Shown here piece after piece: positions 1-14,544 of a DNA stretch of 64,000 bases. Position 1 is the stretch's first letter, and each line of letters begins with the position of its first letter. Made by a program: the position numbers and the translations under genes. The stretch is from Eledone cirrhosa (lineage: Eukaryota). The DNA is taken from positions 34,038,001-34,102,000 of the forward strand of contig OZ024749.1 of the NCBI GenBank assembly GCA_964016885.1. Reading direction: 5' to 3'. The notes under the pieces are model-generated. The model worked only from the letters and a program-made list of their open reading frames with translations. It made no database searches and had not been told where the DNA came from.

Positions 1-960
1 ACTACTACCACCATCACCACCACCACCACCGCCACCACTATCCTCACCACTACCATCACCACCACCACCATCATCAGTACCGCCAGCGCTGTGTTAATGA
101 CTTATAAACATCGCTACGTCCTTCATTAAAGCAACTTCCCAATCAGAAGCACCGCCATTACCACCGCCACTACCACCACCATTACCACCACCATTACCAC
201 CGCCATTACCACCGCCACTACCACCGCCACTACTACCGCCACTACCACCAAAGCCACTCAGCTATTAGTACCACAACAACAACAATTATATATATAGCAA
301 TACTACAACCACCACACACATTAATTCTATCACTAACATCAACAGCAACAACAACAATAAAACTACAACATAAACTACAACATACAAATGATAAACATGA
401 TGACGTTACAACTACGCCACCACCACCACCATCAACACCGTTCATATTACTACCACCACCACTACTACCATTACTACTAATACTAATACTATAATTAAAT
501 GTATCACAACATTATCACCTCACTACCACCACCACCACCACCGTTGATCCACCAATACTACTACTACTACAACTACTACGACGACAACTACTATTACTAA
601 TACGACGACTACTACTATTACTACTACTACGACTACTACTATTACTACTACTGCTACTACTAACACCAACAGTACGACGACTACCAATACTACTACGACA
701 ACGACTACTACTACTACGACTACTACTAATATTACTAATACTACTATTACTCCTGCTACTACAACAACAACCATCAACAGTACAACCACTACTACTACTA
801 CTACTACTATTACTACTACTACTACTACTACTATTACCACTACTACTACCACTACTACTACTACTATTACCACTACTACTACTACTACTACTGTTACCAC
901 TACTACTACTACTACTACAATAAACAATATCAATGGTACCAACAACACCGCCATTGCTAG
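1..960. repeat. (ACC)n/(ACT)n/(AAC)n trinucleotide low-complexity tract
   Basis: Visible accacc/actact/acaaca runs; the poly-Val ORFs here are repeat translations. Confidence 0.95.
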
Positions 961-1909
961 CAACATCACCACCTTCGCCACCACCTTCGCCTAATACACG
1001 AGGTTTAATGAATTGTAATATCTTTGAAGAGACAGTTAACAGAGACTATTGCAGTGTTTCAAAGACAGCAAGAAACGACAAAAACAGAGCCATAACACAT
1101 TATAAGCAGCTAATCACTATGTATGGATGGCTGGAAGTATGGAAGTATGGATGGATGGATGTAGGGATGTAGGGATGTAGGGATGGATGGATGGATGGAT
1201 GGATGGATGTAGGGATGGATGGATGAATTGAGATATATATGTGTGTGTGTACGGATAGATGTACGTATATATATGGGGATGTATGGATGGATTTATATAT
1301 GTATGTATGTATGGATGGATTGACATGTGTGTGTGTGTCTGTGTACGTATGGATGGATGCATTTGTGTATGTATGTGTGGATGAACGGATGCAACAACAG
1401 GAACAGTCTTCGTTGGAACTGACGGAAGTTCAATACACAACACGTTTGTGTATATAAATATCTATATGTATATATGTATGTGTGTATGTGTGTGTATGTG
1501 TGTGTATGTGTGTGTATGTGTGTGTATGTATATATATGCATTAATGTGTATATATGAATGTACATATATGTGTGCGTGTTTGTGTATATATAAAGATGCA
1601 TACATTACATACATGCATACATATAAACACACACACATACACTCACACACATACACACAAGGACACAAAACATATATATAAATATAATTACAAATGGAAT
1701 AATGACCAGGTGAGAGAAGAAATGAAGCACATGGGGAAAATAAGCTAGAATGGACAGCCTTTAGTCATACGTATTAATGAAAGTGTTCTTGAGAAACAGA
1801 CAAAATGAAGCGGTAAGTAGGGGATCTCTTTAAATAACGATTCTATTGACTCTATTTCCTTCTTTCACGTGAACCATATACTCTCACGAAAACTGTTCTA
1901 AAAGTGTTA

Positions 1910-2089
1910 GTGGATTGGCAGTATCGGTAGAGGGTCGGACGCCATGCTTTCCAGCATAGCTACGTCCCTTTACGATCTGAGTTCAAATCCCGCCGAGGTT
2001 AACTTTGCCTTTCATCCTTACGGGGTCGATAAAATAAAGTACCAGTAATGAACTGAGTAATTGCTGGCCTTGTGCCTAAAGTAGAAACA
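1910..2089 (+). mobile_element. tRNA-derived SINE, family S1 (Meta-domain-like core)
   Basis: A-box-like tggattggcagtatcggtag, B-box-like gagttcaaatccc, core ctttgcctttcatccttacggggtcgataaaataaagtaccag, tail ttgctggccttgtgcctaaagtagaaac; many copies in the window. Confidence 0.85.
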
Positions 2090-2601
2090 GTTATGTAAAA
2101 TTCATCGAACATAAAAAAAAATAAGAAAGGCGCAGAGCCACATTTATCCATGACTCATTCCCTGGACTTCCATATGTGTCAGGTCCATTCTGGTACTTCA
2201 ATATTTCACCTCAACACAGTTCCATCATGGAGATGTACACTTGAATTGCATATGCATTATGCAACTTGTAGCGTAACTTCCAGGGGTCCCAGAAACCTAT
2301 CGAATATTATTTCTACCGATTTCTTTCCATTCAAATCTACTCGAGCTAGTCCAGGTTAGTCTTCAATCTTTTTGTATTTAACGTTGTTGTGGTATAAGTA
2401 TGGCCACTGTCTTCGGTCGTTTTTCTTGATGTCACACTTTATTAACTGTTGTGTTTATTCTGGACAATAAAGTTTAACTTCTCGCTTCATTGAGTGATTT
2501 GTGGTTGCCTCAAACAACTCGATTAGTACCTACTATATGGCGGCTACAACTTCGATTCAAATCCAATATCATAGATATATATATATATGTGTGTGTGTGT
2601 G

Positions 2602-2730
2602 CTAGCAGTCGAAACGGCCGGAGCTCAGCCGTTGGAGTCGTGACTCTTTTCCTATTACCCACTCTACTACTCCAAGTATCGAGTACTCTTGTGCGTTATG
2701 GTCCACCTGGTTTGTTACCACACTTTCTTT
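2602..2730 (+). mobile_element. Family A short microsatellite-inserted element (3' half of a hammerhead plus tail)
   Basis: gtcGAAAcggccggagctcagccg...cctattacccactctact...gtgcgttatggtccacctgg; same sequence recurs about 15 times. Confidence 0.8.
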
Positions 2731-3061
2731 GTGTGTATATATATATTATATATATATATATATGCTGCCAATAAATTCACATGCAACAGTTCAGTTACAC
2801 TTCAGCTTTATTATTAGTTGAGTAACTAATCCATTGATCGGTTGGTTTACTAAACAGACGGTTATTTAATTGTCAAAGCTCTTTTGTCACACATTCTGTA
2901 ATATCTTCACTGACTATTTTTGCCCTCTATGTCTTTCCTTCGTTTTATAGTTAATCCATCTCGCTCCCAAAATATAACAATATCTCTTTCAACACGATTT
3001 CACAAGAAGCTTGCAAAGTAAATACAAAACCGAGTATGGAAGTCCATATATATATATGTGT

Positions 3062-3115
<54 letters not shown>

Positions 3116-3128
3116 ACATGTATGTAAT

Positions 3129-3181
<53 letters not shown>

Positions 3182-3222
3182 TAATATATATATATAATAT
3201 ATATAATATATATATATAATAT

Positions 3223-3424
3223 AGTAATGACAATAAATGTGAAGACTAAAATCCAAAGAGGGTTCGATAAGGATAAATATATATCAAATATATAAGAACC
3301 CTAGAGCAAATATTTATTAAAATAACAGATTAAAGTTTAAGCAAAGAATCGCTGCTTTCACCCTTAACGGGATCTTCTGAAACTGGATTCTTTGCTTAAA
3401 CTTTAATCTGTTATTTTAATAAAT

Positions 3425-3425
<1 letters not shown>
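3223..3425 (-). mobile_element. Family F (TA)n-inserted element with HHR-like fold (3335-3383) and inverted arm (3386-3425)
   Basis: Minus strand gttt-CAGAAGA-t ccc gttaa ggg t-GAAA-gca gcgattctt tgc-TT-aaac; related copies at ~17110, ~31070-31230 and ~55735-55805. Confidence 0.7.
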
Positions 3426-3490
<65 letters not shown>

Positions 3491-3945
3491 TATAGATAGA
3501 GAGAGCTAGAGAGGGAGATAGGGGGTGAGAGAGAGGGGGAGGGGGAGATGGGGAGAGGGGGGAGAGAGGGGGAGAGATAGGGGGTGAGAGGAGAAGAGGT
3601 TGATGAAAGAGAGTCCAAACATAATAGCTTTCTTATACTTTGGCGATGAAATAGATTATTATTTATTCCGTTAGTAAAACAATAGGTTACATACAAGCTA
3701 AAGTAACAAGAAGAAGAAATTAACCATGCAAGAATAATAAGGTGGACAGGTCACCCTTCAGCCAAACGTACATATCGATATGTTATTGTGAAGATGTAAA
3801 TAGTATGTAATAGATGTAAATAGTATATAGTGAATAGTGATTATAAAGAGAAATAGTGAATAGTGATTATAAAGAGAAATAGCAAAAATATATAATCTGG
3901 AAGTTTCCTACGAACATATTTCTTCCATCTAAGTCTGTCTGTTTT

Positions 3946-4209
3946 AAGCCAGAAGGCTTATTTGGCCGGTGCTTATCCCGGTTTCATGGCGTGAAGCGAC
4001 TGAGAGTACAAGATTCCCCCTGGACAGGACGCCAGTCCGTCGCAGGGTTAAAACCCCAGCTATTGCTGGTACTCATTTTCAGCTGAGTATACTGGAACAA
4101 CGTGGAATGAAGTGTTTTGCTCAAGAACATAACACGAAGCCTAGGTATTGAACCCACGACATGATGATCGTAAGTCCAACACCTTTACCTCTAGGTCACG
4201 TGCCTCCAC
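3946..4209 (-). mobile_element. tRNA-derived SINE S2 with CORE-like and V-like segments
   Basis: Minus strand tRNA head (gtggaggcacgtgacctagaggtaaagg...gggttcaatacc), then ttcttgagcaaaacacttc...ctcagctgaaaatgagtacc, then ctgcgacggactggcgtcctgtccagggg. Partial relatives at 7195-7345, 47860-48090 and 61825-61975. Confidence 0.8.
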
Positions 4210-5048
4210 AATTACTTCTATATAGAGGCGTATTTAGAAGCATATGTAATGTTTATTCATAATAAACATCACATATAGGAATATATGGATGTATATATAT
4301 ACTGTTTAAAATAAACGTACATAATCCTCCTTGGGGTATTCTTACGGTACAGTAAGGGCAGTGGATTGGCAATAATCGGTAGACCGTTTTGTAGCATATA
4401 GTTATGCCCCTTTAAATTCTGAGTTCAAATCCGGCGGAAGTTAGCTTTGCCTTTCATCCATTTGATATTTTATGTGTATATTTTATCCATTCATTGAGAC
4501 GTCTAAGCATTAGAGGCAAATAACCTTTTAATTAATATTAACAACCCCTTCATTGTAGAATTGATTTAGACGGTTTTTCCTGCTGTTTCTAGCGTCAATA
4601 TAAGCCTGTGGTATTGTCCTAATATATAGAGAGATTTGTTCATTTAGTAGTTCGGCAGCACCAAGCAGTTTTGACAATGAACTAGTCTGTATACTTTATG
4701 ATTTATATCTCCTCTTGCTCCAAAATGTTCTCCCCTGATGATAGAACAAGTTCTTCCGATATTGGTTGTTCCAATGATTTAAAATAATTTATATTGTTTC
4801 CTTTGTTCTTGAAACCATGGTAGAGAGATGATTATATAAGTTAGACTAACATATTTTAGTCGGTATGCTGACTTAAACTCCTCTAAATTGAAATATTTGC
4901 ATAAGTTGCAGCTGCGACTGTGGTTCCTGAGACATACATACATACGTATTTATGTAGATAGATAGATAGATAGATAGATACATAGATAGATAAATATATT
5001 TCTTTATTAGCCACAAGGGCGCACAAGAAAAGGGGACAATACAAAGAC

Positions 5049-5111
<63 letters not shown>

Positions 5112-6525
5112 TAACAAATTTTACATGTATATATATTTGAATGTATTTATATGTCGGTGTTTTCAGTGTAGACGGAGTATGAAAGAAAGGAGCGAAGACA
5201 ACAGGAAGAATATCTACAACAACAACAACCAAAACAGTAACAACAATAGCAACAACATCAACAATCACAGCAACAATAACAACAATAAGATGCACAAGAA
5301 CGACCATAACAATCACAACTTCAACAACAACAAAGGCAACAACAAGAATTATTGCATCTAGAACAATTTGTATAAAGAAAATAGTTCAAAATTTATGCGT
5401 GAATTATGGAAATAAATTTAATAGAAACGTATTGAAAATGGCAGACGTGTTTTATTTTTGGTGTCAAATGAAATTTTGTTTGCTACAGCTCAAATAATAT
5501 TGTATAGATAATTGAATCAACGTTAGTACATACCACGTTAAAAATATCACAATATTTGCTCCTGCATTCTGCACTTATAGTTCATATCTTGTCGAGGTCA
5601 ACTTTACTTTTCACCCTGATTAACATCTTATATGTTTCACCAGTTTGTTTGAAGGTAAATGAGATTGGTGAGCATGGTGCGAATGAACGAGCCTGCTCTG
5701 AGTATGTATCTGTTAATTAGAAGAGGGCAACTGGGAAGGGGCACTTGCCCTAGCGGACGGAGGGGTGGGCTATAGCTTTCTGGGGGGAGTGTCTATGGCT
5801 TTCTTGAGTGGGTGGGGTTGAGCTTCTCCATACGTTTAACCAGTTTGTTTGAAGGTGAATGAAATTGTTGGCGAGTGAACGAGTAGGCTAGAGAACAACT
5901 GGGTAGAGGCACTTACCCTGGTGGGCGGAAAGGGGTGACTATTGCTTTCTGGGGGCTCGATGGCTTTCTTGCAGAGGGGGGGGGGTCCCCACTAGTTGAA
6001 TTTCTACATGATTGTTTTATTAATTGAACAAAGTCTTTTCTCGATTGCTGCGGTGGTGACCTGAGTAAGGCACTGTGTGCGTGCAATATAGAACTGTTAG
6101 CAAAACAGGCAATAAACACTGTTAATTGCAGAGCCACCTCGTTTCATAAATATCATCTCTTTTCTTTCAAACTTCTCCATCAAAGCAGGCATCAACATAG
6201 TCCTCTTCCCCAAACCAATTACAGTGTACAACATCTGTTGTTACTGCACTATTCTGATAATATTCTTTTTTAGACTTTTTCTTCTCCCCACTTCTTCTCT
6301 ATAGCCATTTTTTCCTACATTAACGACCTCCCCGCTGCTATTTCTACCCATCTTCTTGAACCTAAGTGTCATCTACACATAAATTAGACAATATAAGAGA
6401 CCCGGGGGTTAGCAAGCGATTGAATAAACGGACTCCAATTCGGAAATTAAGGGGAAATACAGGCTATGGGATGAAAGAGTGCCTTATTTGAGCTAGGAAC
6501 ATCATTATAATCTATCTATCGACAG

Positions 6526-6737
6526 TCGATCGACTTTTCGTCAAATCGGACCGAGGACACAATATTTCCATTGGTCTTTCCAATTGCTAATACTCTCTAT
6601 CGGTCGCAACTCCAAGCAGAAGGAAATGAAATAAAGTGTCTTGCCCAAGGACATAACGCATCGCCCGGTCCGGGAATCGAACTCACAACCTCACGATTGC
6701 GAATCCAATTCTCTAACCACTCGGCCACGTGCCTTCG
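6526..6737 (-). mobile_element. tRNA-derived SINE S3
   Basis: Minus strand ggcacgtggccgagtggttaga...gagttcgattcccggacc, then ttatgtccttgggcaagacact and a distinct tail; second copy at 51061-51272. Confidence 0.85.
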
Positions 6738-6759
6738 CTATCTATACGTTCCATTAATG

Positions 6760-6925
6760 CAGTGATTCCCAAAGTGGGTTCCGCAAAGGAGTGCCTTGGG
6801 TTCCGTGAAAAAAGGTAGAGGAGTATATTTATACTACGACCATATAACTGTATTAGATTTTGGGGTCCCCCAAAAGTTTCTGAACCAAAAAGGGTTCCGC
6901 GTTTGAAAAAGTTTGGGAAACTCTA
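6760..6925. mobile_element. hAT-type MITE
   Basis: Imperfect TIR cagtgattcccaaa / tttgggaaactcta; 8-bp TSD cattaatg at 6752-6759 and 6926-6933. Confidence 0.85.
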
Positions 6926-7973
6926 CATTAATGCGACGCCGCTTATAAATTATGATGGAGCGTTAATAATTAGTGATGATATAAAAAGCCAGGCATCTTT
7001 TGTCGGAGTTAAATTATAGACTTGTTTACAGTGCTCACAACTATGCCAATTTCTTTAGAAGGTTGCTGGTATTCTAGGCTATAATTGAATTAAATACGTC
7101 AGTGAAGGCATATACGTCATGCAAAATAGACTAACCATTTCAGCTATTTTCTATATCTGGAACGTTACATATAACGTTAACTTAAAGTCTGTCTTCTTAA
7201 GCCAGGCCATTGCAGCAGGCTTAACTCCCAGCGTGAAATGAAGTGCTTTGCTCAAAAACACAACGCGGTGCCCTGTCCATGAATCGAACTCACGACGTTA
7301 TGACCGTAAGTCCGAACCCTAACTACTAGGCTATGCGTCTTCATGGTGTAATAATGATTTATATTATAGACACAAGGCCAGCAATTTGGAGGGAGGGGAA
7401 AATCGATTAAACCGACCCACCCAAGTGTGTTACTGGTTCTTTATTTTATCGACCCCGTCAAGAGTATATATATATATATATATATATAGTTCGGATCTAG
7501 CTGTCGAAACGGCCGGAGCTCAGCCGTCGGGGTCCTGACTCTTTTCCTCTATATATATATATATATATATATATACTCTGGACGAAAATGTATTAACTTT
7601 TCACACCGTCGGGTGCTTGTGTAAGCCTCATATAATTCGGTTATACACTGCGGCTACATTTTCGATTTATACTCATTACATATATATATATAGCATTATA
7701 GCATTATATAAACAAGACACACGTGCTTGCCACACGTGTAACTATTGCACTCAATAACTGCTTATGACTATCCTATCGCATTAATTTCATGTTGCATTTT
7801 AACCTGAATTTTTGATTTTGTCCTCTTTTAATATGAATGTAACCTCTAAATGTATACTGCCACACTAAATGCTATAATGGATGTCGACCCACCAAGCAAC
7901 AATGTTTGCATATGTATCTGTATGTCTCTTGGGTTGAAAAGGAGGTCATATATGTGTTCATTCATTAATAAAT

Positions 7974-8020
7974 TGCTCCGAAGAATCCAAACCTCGGTTT
8001 GGAGGAAACAATTGTAAGCA
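7974..8020 (+). ncRNA. Minimal type I hammerhead ribozyme (CCGAAGA core variant or decay)
   Basis: tgct-CCGAAGA-a tccaaacc tc ggtttgga g-GAAA-caattg-TA-agca; stem I tgct/agca, palindromic stem III acaattgt; (TA)n follows shortly. Confidence 0.7.
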
Positions 8021-8055
8021 TATAAATGTTTTGAACAGAACTTTGATTCTTATAA

Positions 8056-8114
<59 letters not shown>

Positions 8115-8308
8115 AATATGGATGAGAGGAGGGTGGTGTTAGAAGTTAAAGAGACACAAACGGTCTCCCTTCGTCAGTAGTTGACTACGGGTCACTGATG
8201 TTTCGGCCCATTATTAACCTTACATCTATCCGTAGCGCGCCCATAGCCTTTTATCTATCAAAAGACCATGAGGGAGAGAAAGAAAAGAAGTATATATATA
8301 CACAGCCG

Positions 8309-8361
<53 letters not shown>

Positions 8362-8528
8362 ATATTAAATAAATGGAAACTATATTTATAAAACCATATT
8401 TATGGCTTTATAAATATAGTTTCCATTTATTTAATATAATTCAATATTATACTCCAAAACACTGTCGAGTGCTTTGAATCAGTTATAAACATTTATATTT
8501 GTTGAATATATTGAATATCCCTTTTGCT

Positions 8529-8566
<38 letters not shown>

Positions 8567-9971
8567 TATGGGAGAGAAGGAAAGACAGTGGGGAACCCTG
8601 ACTATAAAGAAAGCTACAGAAAAATAATGAGAAAATATTGCAATAAAGAAAATATAGGGATTTTTTCCATCTTTCCTTTCAATCACTTTAAATAACTTTC
8701 ATTCTTTTCGTTTCTTTGATTCCACTATATTCTTCTTTTCAAGCGGTTGTGTTAAGATGCGTGTTCTTATACATCCATGTACGTGTGTGTGTGTATCTGT
8801 GTGTGTCTATCCATGTACGTGTGTGTGTCTATCCGTGTGTGTGTGTGTATGTGTGTGCCTATACATCTATGTGTGTGTGTATGTGTGTATGTGTGTATGT
8901 GTGTATACACGTGCCTAACTGTGTATGTGTCTGTGCGTGTTTTTGTACGTGTGTGTGTATACGTGTGTGTGTCTGTGTTTGGAAGCAGGCTGAGGTTTAT
9001 CTGCATTTGCGTGTATGTGTGTGTGTGTGTGTTTTTGGCTGTACATGAGCGTATATGCGTGTGTATGCATGTATCCGTATATACATATGTCTGTCTGAGT
9101 ATGTTTGTGTGGAAGCAAGAAAGAGTGTATATATGCGTGTGTGTGTGTGTGTGTTCGCTTGTACGTGAACGTATAAATGTGTGTATATATACATGTATCC
9201 GTGTATACGTATGCCTGACCGCGTATAAGTGTGTGGACGCAAGATGGTATATATATATGCATTTGTGTGTGTATTCCCATATACATAAGCGTTTATGGGT
9301 GTGTGTATGTGTCTATGCGAGTGTGACAATGTTTGTAAGTTTGCGTATATGTATGTAAATATGTATGTATATATATATCTGTGTCAAGTCACCAGTTGGT
9401 GCTACTGGTAACATGTATCCCAGTACAACCTGTCTCATAGTCGGGTTGTTGGCGACTAAACTGGCAACCCCACCAAGGTTTCTTGGTGAGGAGGGTGACT
9501 TTGGACAACAAAACCTGTCAAAGGGCAAAGGAGCTCTTAAGAGTCAATGGCCATCCAAAATCACCGGGAGAGATGACCCCTTAGCCTTTGTCAAGGCAGA
9601 ATTCTAGGAGAAGGAAAACTCTGATATAACATCTGCAACCCTGATGGTATCCAATAATGTTGACTTGTTCTTCTTTTTGGTAAATATCATCTTGGTTAAG
9701 AGAGTGGGACTGGCTTTGTGCAGTGCCTTTGCTCACTATAAAAGCTTCATGGCACAGGCATTGCTTTATATCTGGAGATCTCTCTGCACTTGTCGTCACA
9801 TGGTACCATGGGCCCAGCACTATGTGTCAATAATTGTCACAAGTGTAGTGTTTGTACCAGAGTTTTCAAGTCCTGGTTGGACTAAAAAGTCACACTCGTT
9901 CAGCGCATCGGTAGGGGTTCTCCTACATGGATATAAAGTAGTGGCCGTACTCGAAAACGAGTTGGTAGCCA

Positions 9972-10049
<78 letters not shown>

Positions 10050-10225
10050 ACACATCTAGCTAAGCATGTGGGTGTGTGTCTGTGTGATGTGTGCGTGTGT
10101 TTATATATGTGTATCTGTGTACATATGCGAGTGACTAGATGTGTGTATGTGTCTACGTCTGTGCATATGTGTAGTGTATGCATATATATGTGTGTGTGGG
10201 TGTGTATGTGTGTGGTGTTTGCATG

Positions 10226-10256
<31 letters not shown>

Positions 10257-10373
10257 ATGTATATGTATGTGTGTGTGTATATATATATATATATATGTGT
10301 ATGTGTGTATATATATATGTGTGTGTGAATGTATGTATATATATATGTGTGTGTGTATGTATATATATATATA

Positions 10374-10446
<73 letters not shown>

Positions 10447-10451
10447 ATATA

Positions 10452-10496
<45 letters not shown>

Positions 10497-10550
10497 GTCC
10501 ATAATGATATTGTATTTCTTTAAAACTGCTTTATATGTGTGTTTGTCTGC

Positions 10551-10598
<48 letters not shown>

Positions 10599-10695
10599 GC
10601 AAACACACACATATATATATATATATATGTGTTTGCATGTATATATATATACATATATATATATACATATATATATACGTGTGTGTGTGTATGTG

Positions 10696-10745
<50 letters not shown>

Positions 10746-10753
10746 CGTGTGTG

Positions 10754-10806
<53 letters not shown>

Positions 10807-11527
10807 GTGTGTATGTATGTGTATGTATATATGAGTGTATATGTCTATAATGATATTGTGTTTCTTTAAAACTATTTTCGTTTCTCACCACTTCCAGTTG
10901 AAACTGTAAATAGTGAAAATTCTTCAAACAGCTTTTCTTTTATATTTTATATTTTCCTTCGAAAAATTAATTATACTTGTTTGGTCACGCTGACAGTTGA
11001 ACATGAAAGAAGTTTAAATCTATTTCAAACGAAATTAATTAATAACTTACTGCCATTTTCTTAAAAGACCAGGGTGAAATATTATTACTATATAATTACA
11101 ATTCAAAGAGATTGGAAATAAATATTTCCTAAATCGATGTGAAGCCTAGCATTGATTCTAAGAAACTAAAAGAAAAAAAGTGAGGGTTGGTGGGTTGTGT
11201 GTGTGTGTGTGTGTGGGTGTTTGAAAGGAGGGGGGGGGGGCATAGAGAGAAATAGAGAGGGAGAGAAAGTATGAGAGATGTATAGAGAGAGAAGTGAGGG
11301 AGAGAGAGAAGTGAGTGAGAGAGAGAGGGAAGTGAGAGAGAGAGAGAGAGAGAAGTGAGAGAGAGAAGTGTGAGAGAGAAGTGTGAGAGAGAAGTGTGAG
11401 AGAGAAGTGTGAGAGAGTTGGTGGAAGAGAGAGAAAGAAAGAGGGAGACGGTATGAGAGGGAGAGGGAGAGGTATGAAGAGAGACAGCTTGAAAGAATAA
11501 AATATATATATATATATTTACATACAG

Positions 11528-12128
11528 AGAGTGAGTGAGTGAGTGAGTGAGTGAGTGAGTGAGTGAGTGAGTGAGTGAGTGAGTGAGTGAATGAGTGAGT
11601 GAGGGGGTGAGTGAGGGGTGAGTGAGGGGGTGAGTGAGTGAGGGGGTGAGTGAGTGAGGGGGCGAGGGGTGAGTGAGTGAGGGGGTGAGGGGTGGGGGGA
11701 GTGAGTGAGTGAGTGGGTGAGTGAGTGAGGGGGTGAGTGAGTGAGGGGGTGAGTGAGTGAGAGGGTGAGTGAGTGAGGGGGTGAGTGAGTGAGTGAGTGA
11801 GGGGGTGAGTGAGTGAGTGGTGGGGTGAGGGGGTGAGGGGGGTGAGTGAGTGAGTGAGTGAGTAAGTGAGTGAGGAGGTGAGTCAGTGAGTGAGGGGGTG
11901 AGGGGTGAGTTAGTGAGAGGGTGAGGGGGTGAGTGAGTGAGTGAGTGAGGGGGTGAGTGAGTGGGTGGGTGAGTGAGTGAGTGAGGAGGTGAGTCAGTGA
12001 GTGAGTGAGGAGGTGAGTCAGTGAGTGAGTGAGTGAGTGAGGGGGTGAGTGAGTGAGTGAGTGAGTGAGTGAGTGAGTGAGTGAGTGAGTGAGTGAGTGA
12101 GTGAGTGAGTGAGTGAGTGAGTGAGTGA
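11528..12128. repeat. (GAGT)n tract with GAGGG(G)T variants
   Basis: Directly visible. Confidence 0.95.
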
Positions 12129-12469
12129 GAGAGAGAGGGAGAGGGGGGATATATACACGTATATAGATATAGCGTGTAAGTGAATGAAAGGAAGAAAATA
12201 TTTTTTAAAAATAATAATAAGATCTTTAAAGGAAGAAAAGGTCTTTGCGGTATTTAGTTATGACCTTTACCGTTGTGAGTTCAAATAGTGATATATTTCG
12301 ATTGAATATTGCTTTTATCCTTCCGGATATTGATTTTGAGGAAGAAAAATCAGTGTAAGTGATTGGCTATAAATGGTTTATTGAAGTATTTCTGGATTCC
12401 ATGAAGTTATTGATAGAAGTTATTGATACAGGGCTGAGAGTGAGGTAAACTTATTGACGTTTTACACTA

Positions 12470-14480
12470 TGTACGTGTGGATATGTGTAAGTATGTATGT
12501 GTAGATATGTGTAAGTATGTATGTGTGGATATGTGTAAGTATGTATGTGTGGATATATGGACGTGTGTAAGTATGTATGTGTAGATATGTGTAAGTATGT
12601 ATGTGTGGATATGTGTAAGTATGTAGTGTAGATATGTGTAAGTATGTATGTGTAGATATGTGTAAGTATGTATGTGTAGATATGTGTAAGTATGTATGTG
12701 TGGATATGTGTAAGTATGTATGTGTAGATATATGTGTGGAGATGTGTAAGTTGGATATGTCTAGATATATGTGTGGAGATGTGTAAGTATGTAAGTATGT
12801 ATGTGTAGATATGTGTAAGTATGTATGTGTAGATATGTGTAAGTATGTATGTGTGGATATGTGTGGATATGTGTAAGTATGTATGTGTGGATATGTGTGG
12901 ATATGTGTAAGTATGTATGTGTGGATGTGTGTGGATATGTGTAAGTATGTATGTGTGGATATGTGTAAGTATGTAAGTATGGATGTGTAGATATGTGTAA
13001 GTATGTATGTGTGGATATGTGTGGATATGTGTAAGTATGTTGTGTAGATATGTGTGGATATGTGTAAGTATGTATGTGTGGATATGTGTAAGTATTTATG
13101 TGTGGATATGTGTAAGTATTTATGTGTGGATATGTGTAGATATGTGTAAGTATGTATGTGTGAATATGTGTAAGTATGTATGTGTGGATATGTGTGGATA
13201 TGTGTAAGTATGTATGTGTGGATATGTGTAAGTATTTATGTGTGGATATGTGTAAGTATGTATGTGTGGATGTGTGTGGATGTGTGTAAGTATGTATGTG
13301 TAGATATTTGTAAGTATGTATGTGTGGATATGTGTGGATATGTGTAAGTATGTATGTGTGGATATGTGTGGATATGTGTAAGTATGTATGTGTAGATATG
13401 TGTGGATGTGTGTGGATATGTGTAAGTATGTATGTGTGGATATGTGTAAATATGTATGTGTGGATATATGGATGTGTGTAAGTATGTATGTGTGGATATG
13501 TGTAAGTATGTATGTGTGGATATGTGTAAGTATGTATATGTGGATATATGGATGTGTGTAAGTATGTATGTGTAGATATGTGTAAGTATGTATGTGTGGA
13601 TATGTGTAAGTATGTATGTGTAGATATGTGTAAGTATGTATGTGTGGATATGTGGAAGTGTGGATATGTGGATATGTGTAAGTGTGGTGGATGTGTGGAT
13701 ACGTGTGGATATGTGTAAGTATGGATATGTAGGTATGTGTAAGTATGGATGTGTGGATATGTGTAAGTATGTAAGTGTAGATATGTGGATATGTGGATGT
13801 GTAGATAAATGTAACTATGTATGTGTGGGTATGTGGATATGTGTATGTATGTATGTATATGTGTGGATATGTGTAAGTATGTAAGTGTAGATATGTGGAT
13901 ATGTGGATGTGTAGATATGTGTAACTATGTATGTGTGGGTATGTGGATATGTGTCAGTATGTATGTATGTATGTGTGGATATGTGTAAGTATGTATGTGT
14001 GGGTATGTGGATATGTGTCAGTATGTATGTATGTATGTGTGGATATGTGTAAGTATGTATGTGTAGATATGTGTGGATATGTGGATATGTAGATATGTGT
14101 ATGTATGGATGTGTGGATATGTGGATTATGTGGATGTGTAGATATGTGTAACTATGTATGTGTGGGTATGTGGATATGTGTAAGTATGTATGTGTGGGTA
14201 TGTGGATATGTGTCAGTATGTATGTATGTATGTGTGGATATGTGTAAGTATGTATGTGTAGATATGTGTGGATATGTGGATATGTAGATATGTGTATGTA
14301 TGGATGTGTGGATATGTGGATTATGTGTAAGTATGTATGTGTAGATATGTGTAAGTATGTATGTGTAGATATGTGTAAGTATGTATGTGTAGATATGTGT
14401 AAGTATGTATGTGTAGATATGTATAAGTATGTATGTGTGGGTATGTGTAAGTGTGGATGTTTGGATATGTGTAAGTATGG
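12470..14480. repeat. ~24-bp minisatellite (gatatgtgtaagtatgtatgtgtr)n, about 2 kb
   Basis: Unit recurs throughout with 10-bp gatatgtgtg insertions and diverged variants. Confidence 0.95.
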
Positions 14481-14544
14481 ATGCTGTCTATATTTCCACG
14501 TTGGCTTGTACGTACATATGTATATGTATGTATATGGATATATA

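Noticed and set aside
2150-2460. Possible exon or transposase fragment
   Set aside because: Only short open frames, with no recognisable motif.
11528-12128. Telomeric repeat array
   Set aside because: The unit is GAGT or GAGGGGGT, not TTAGGG.
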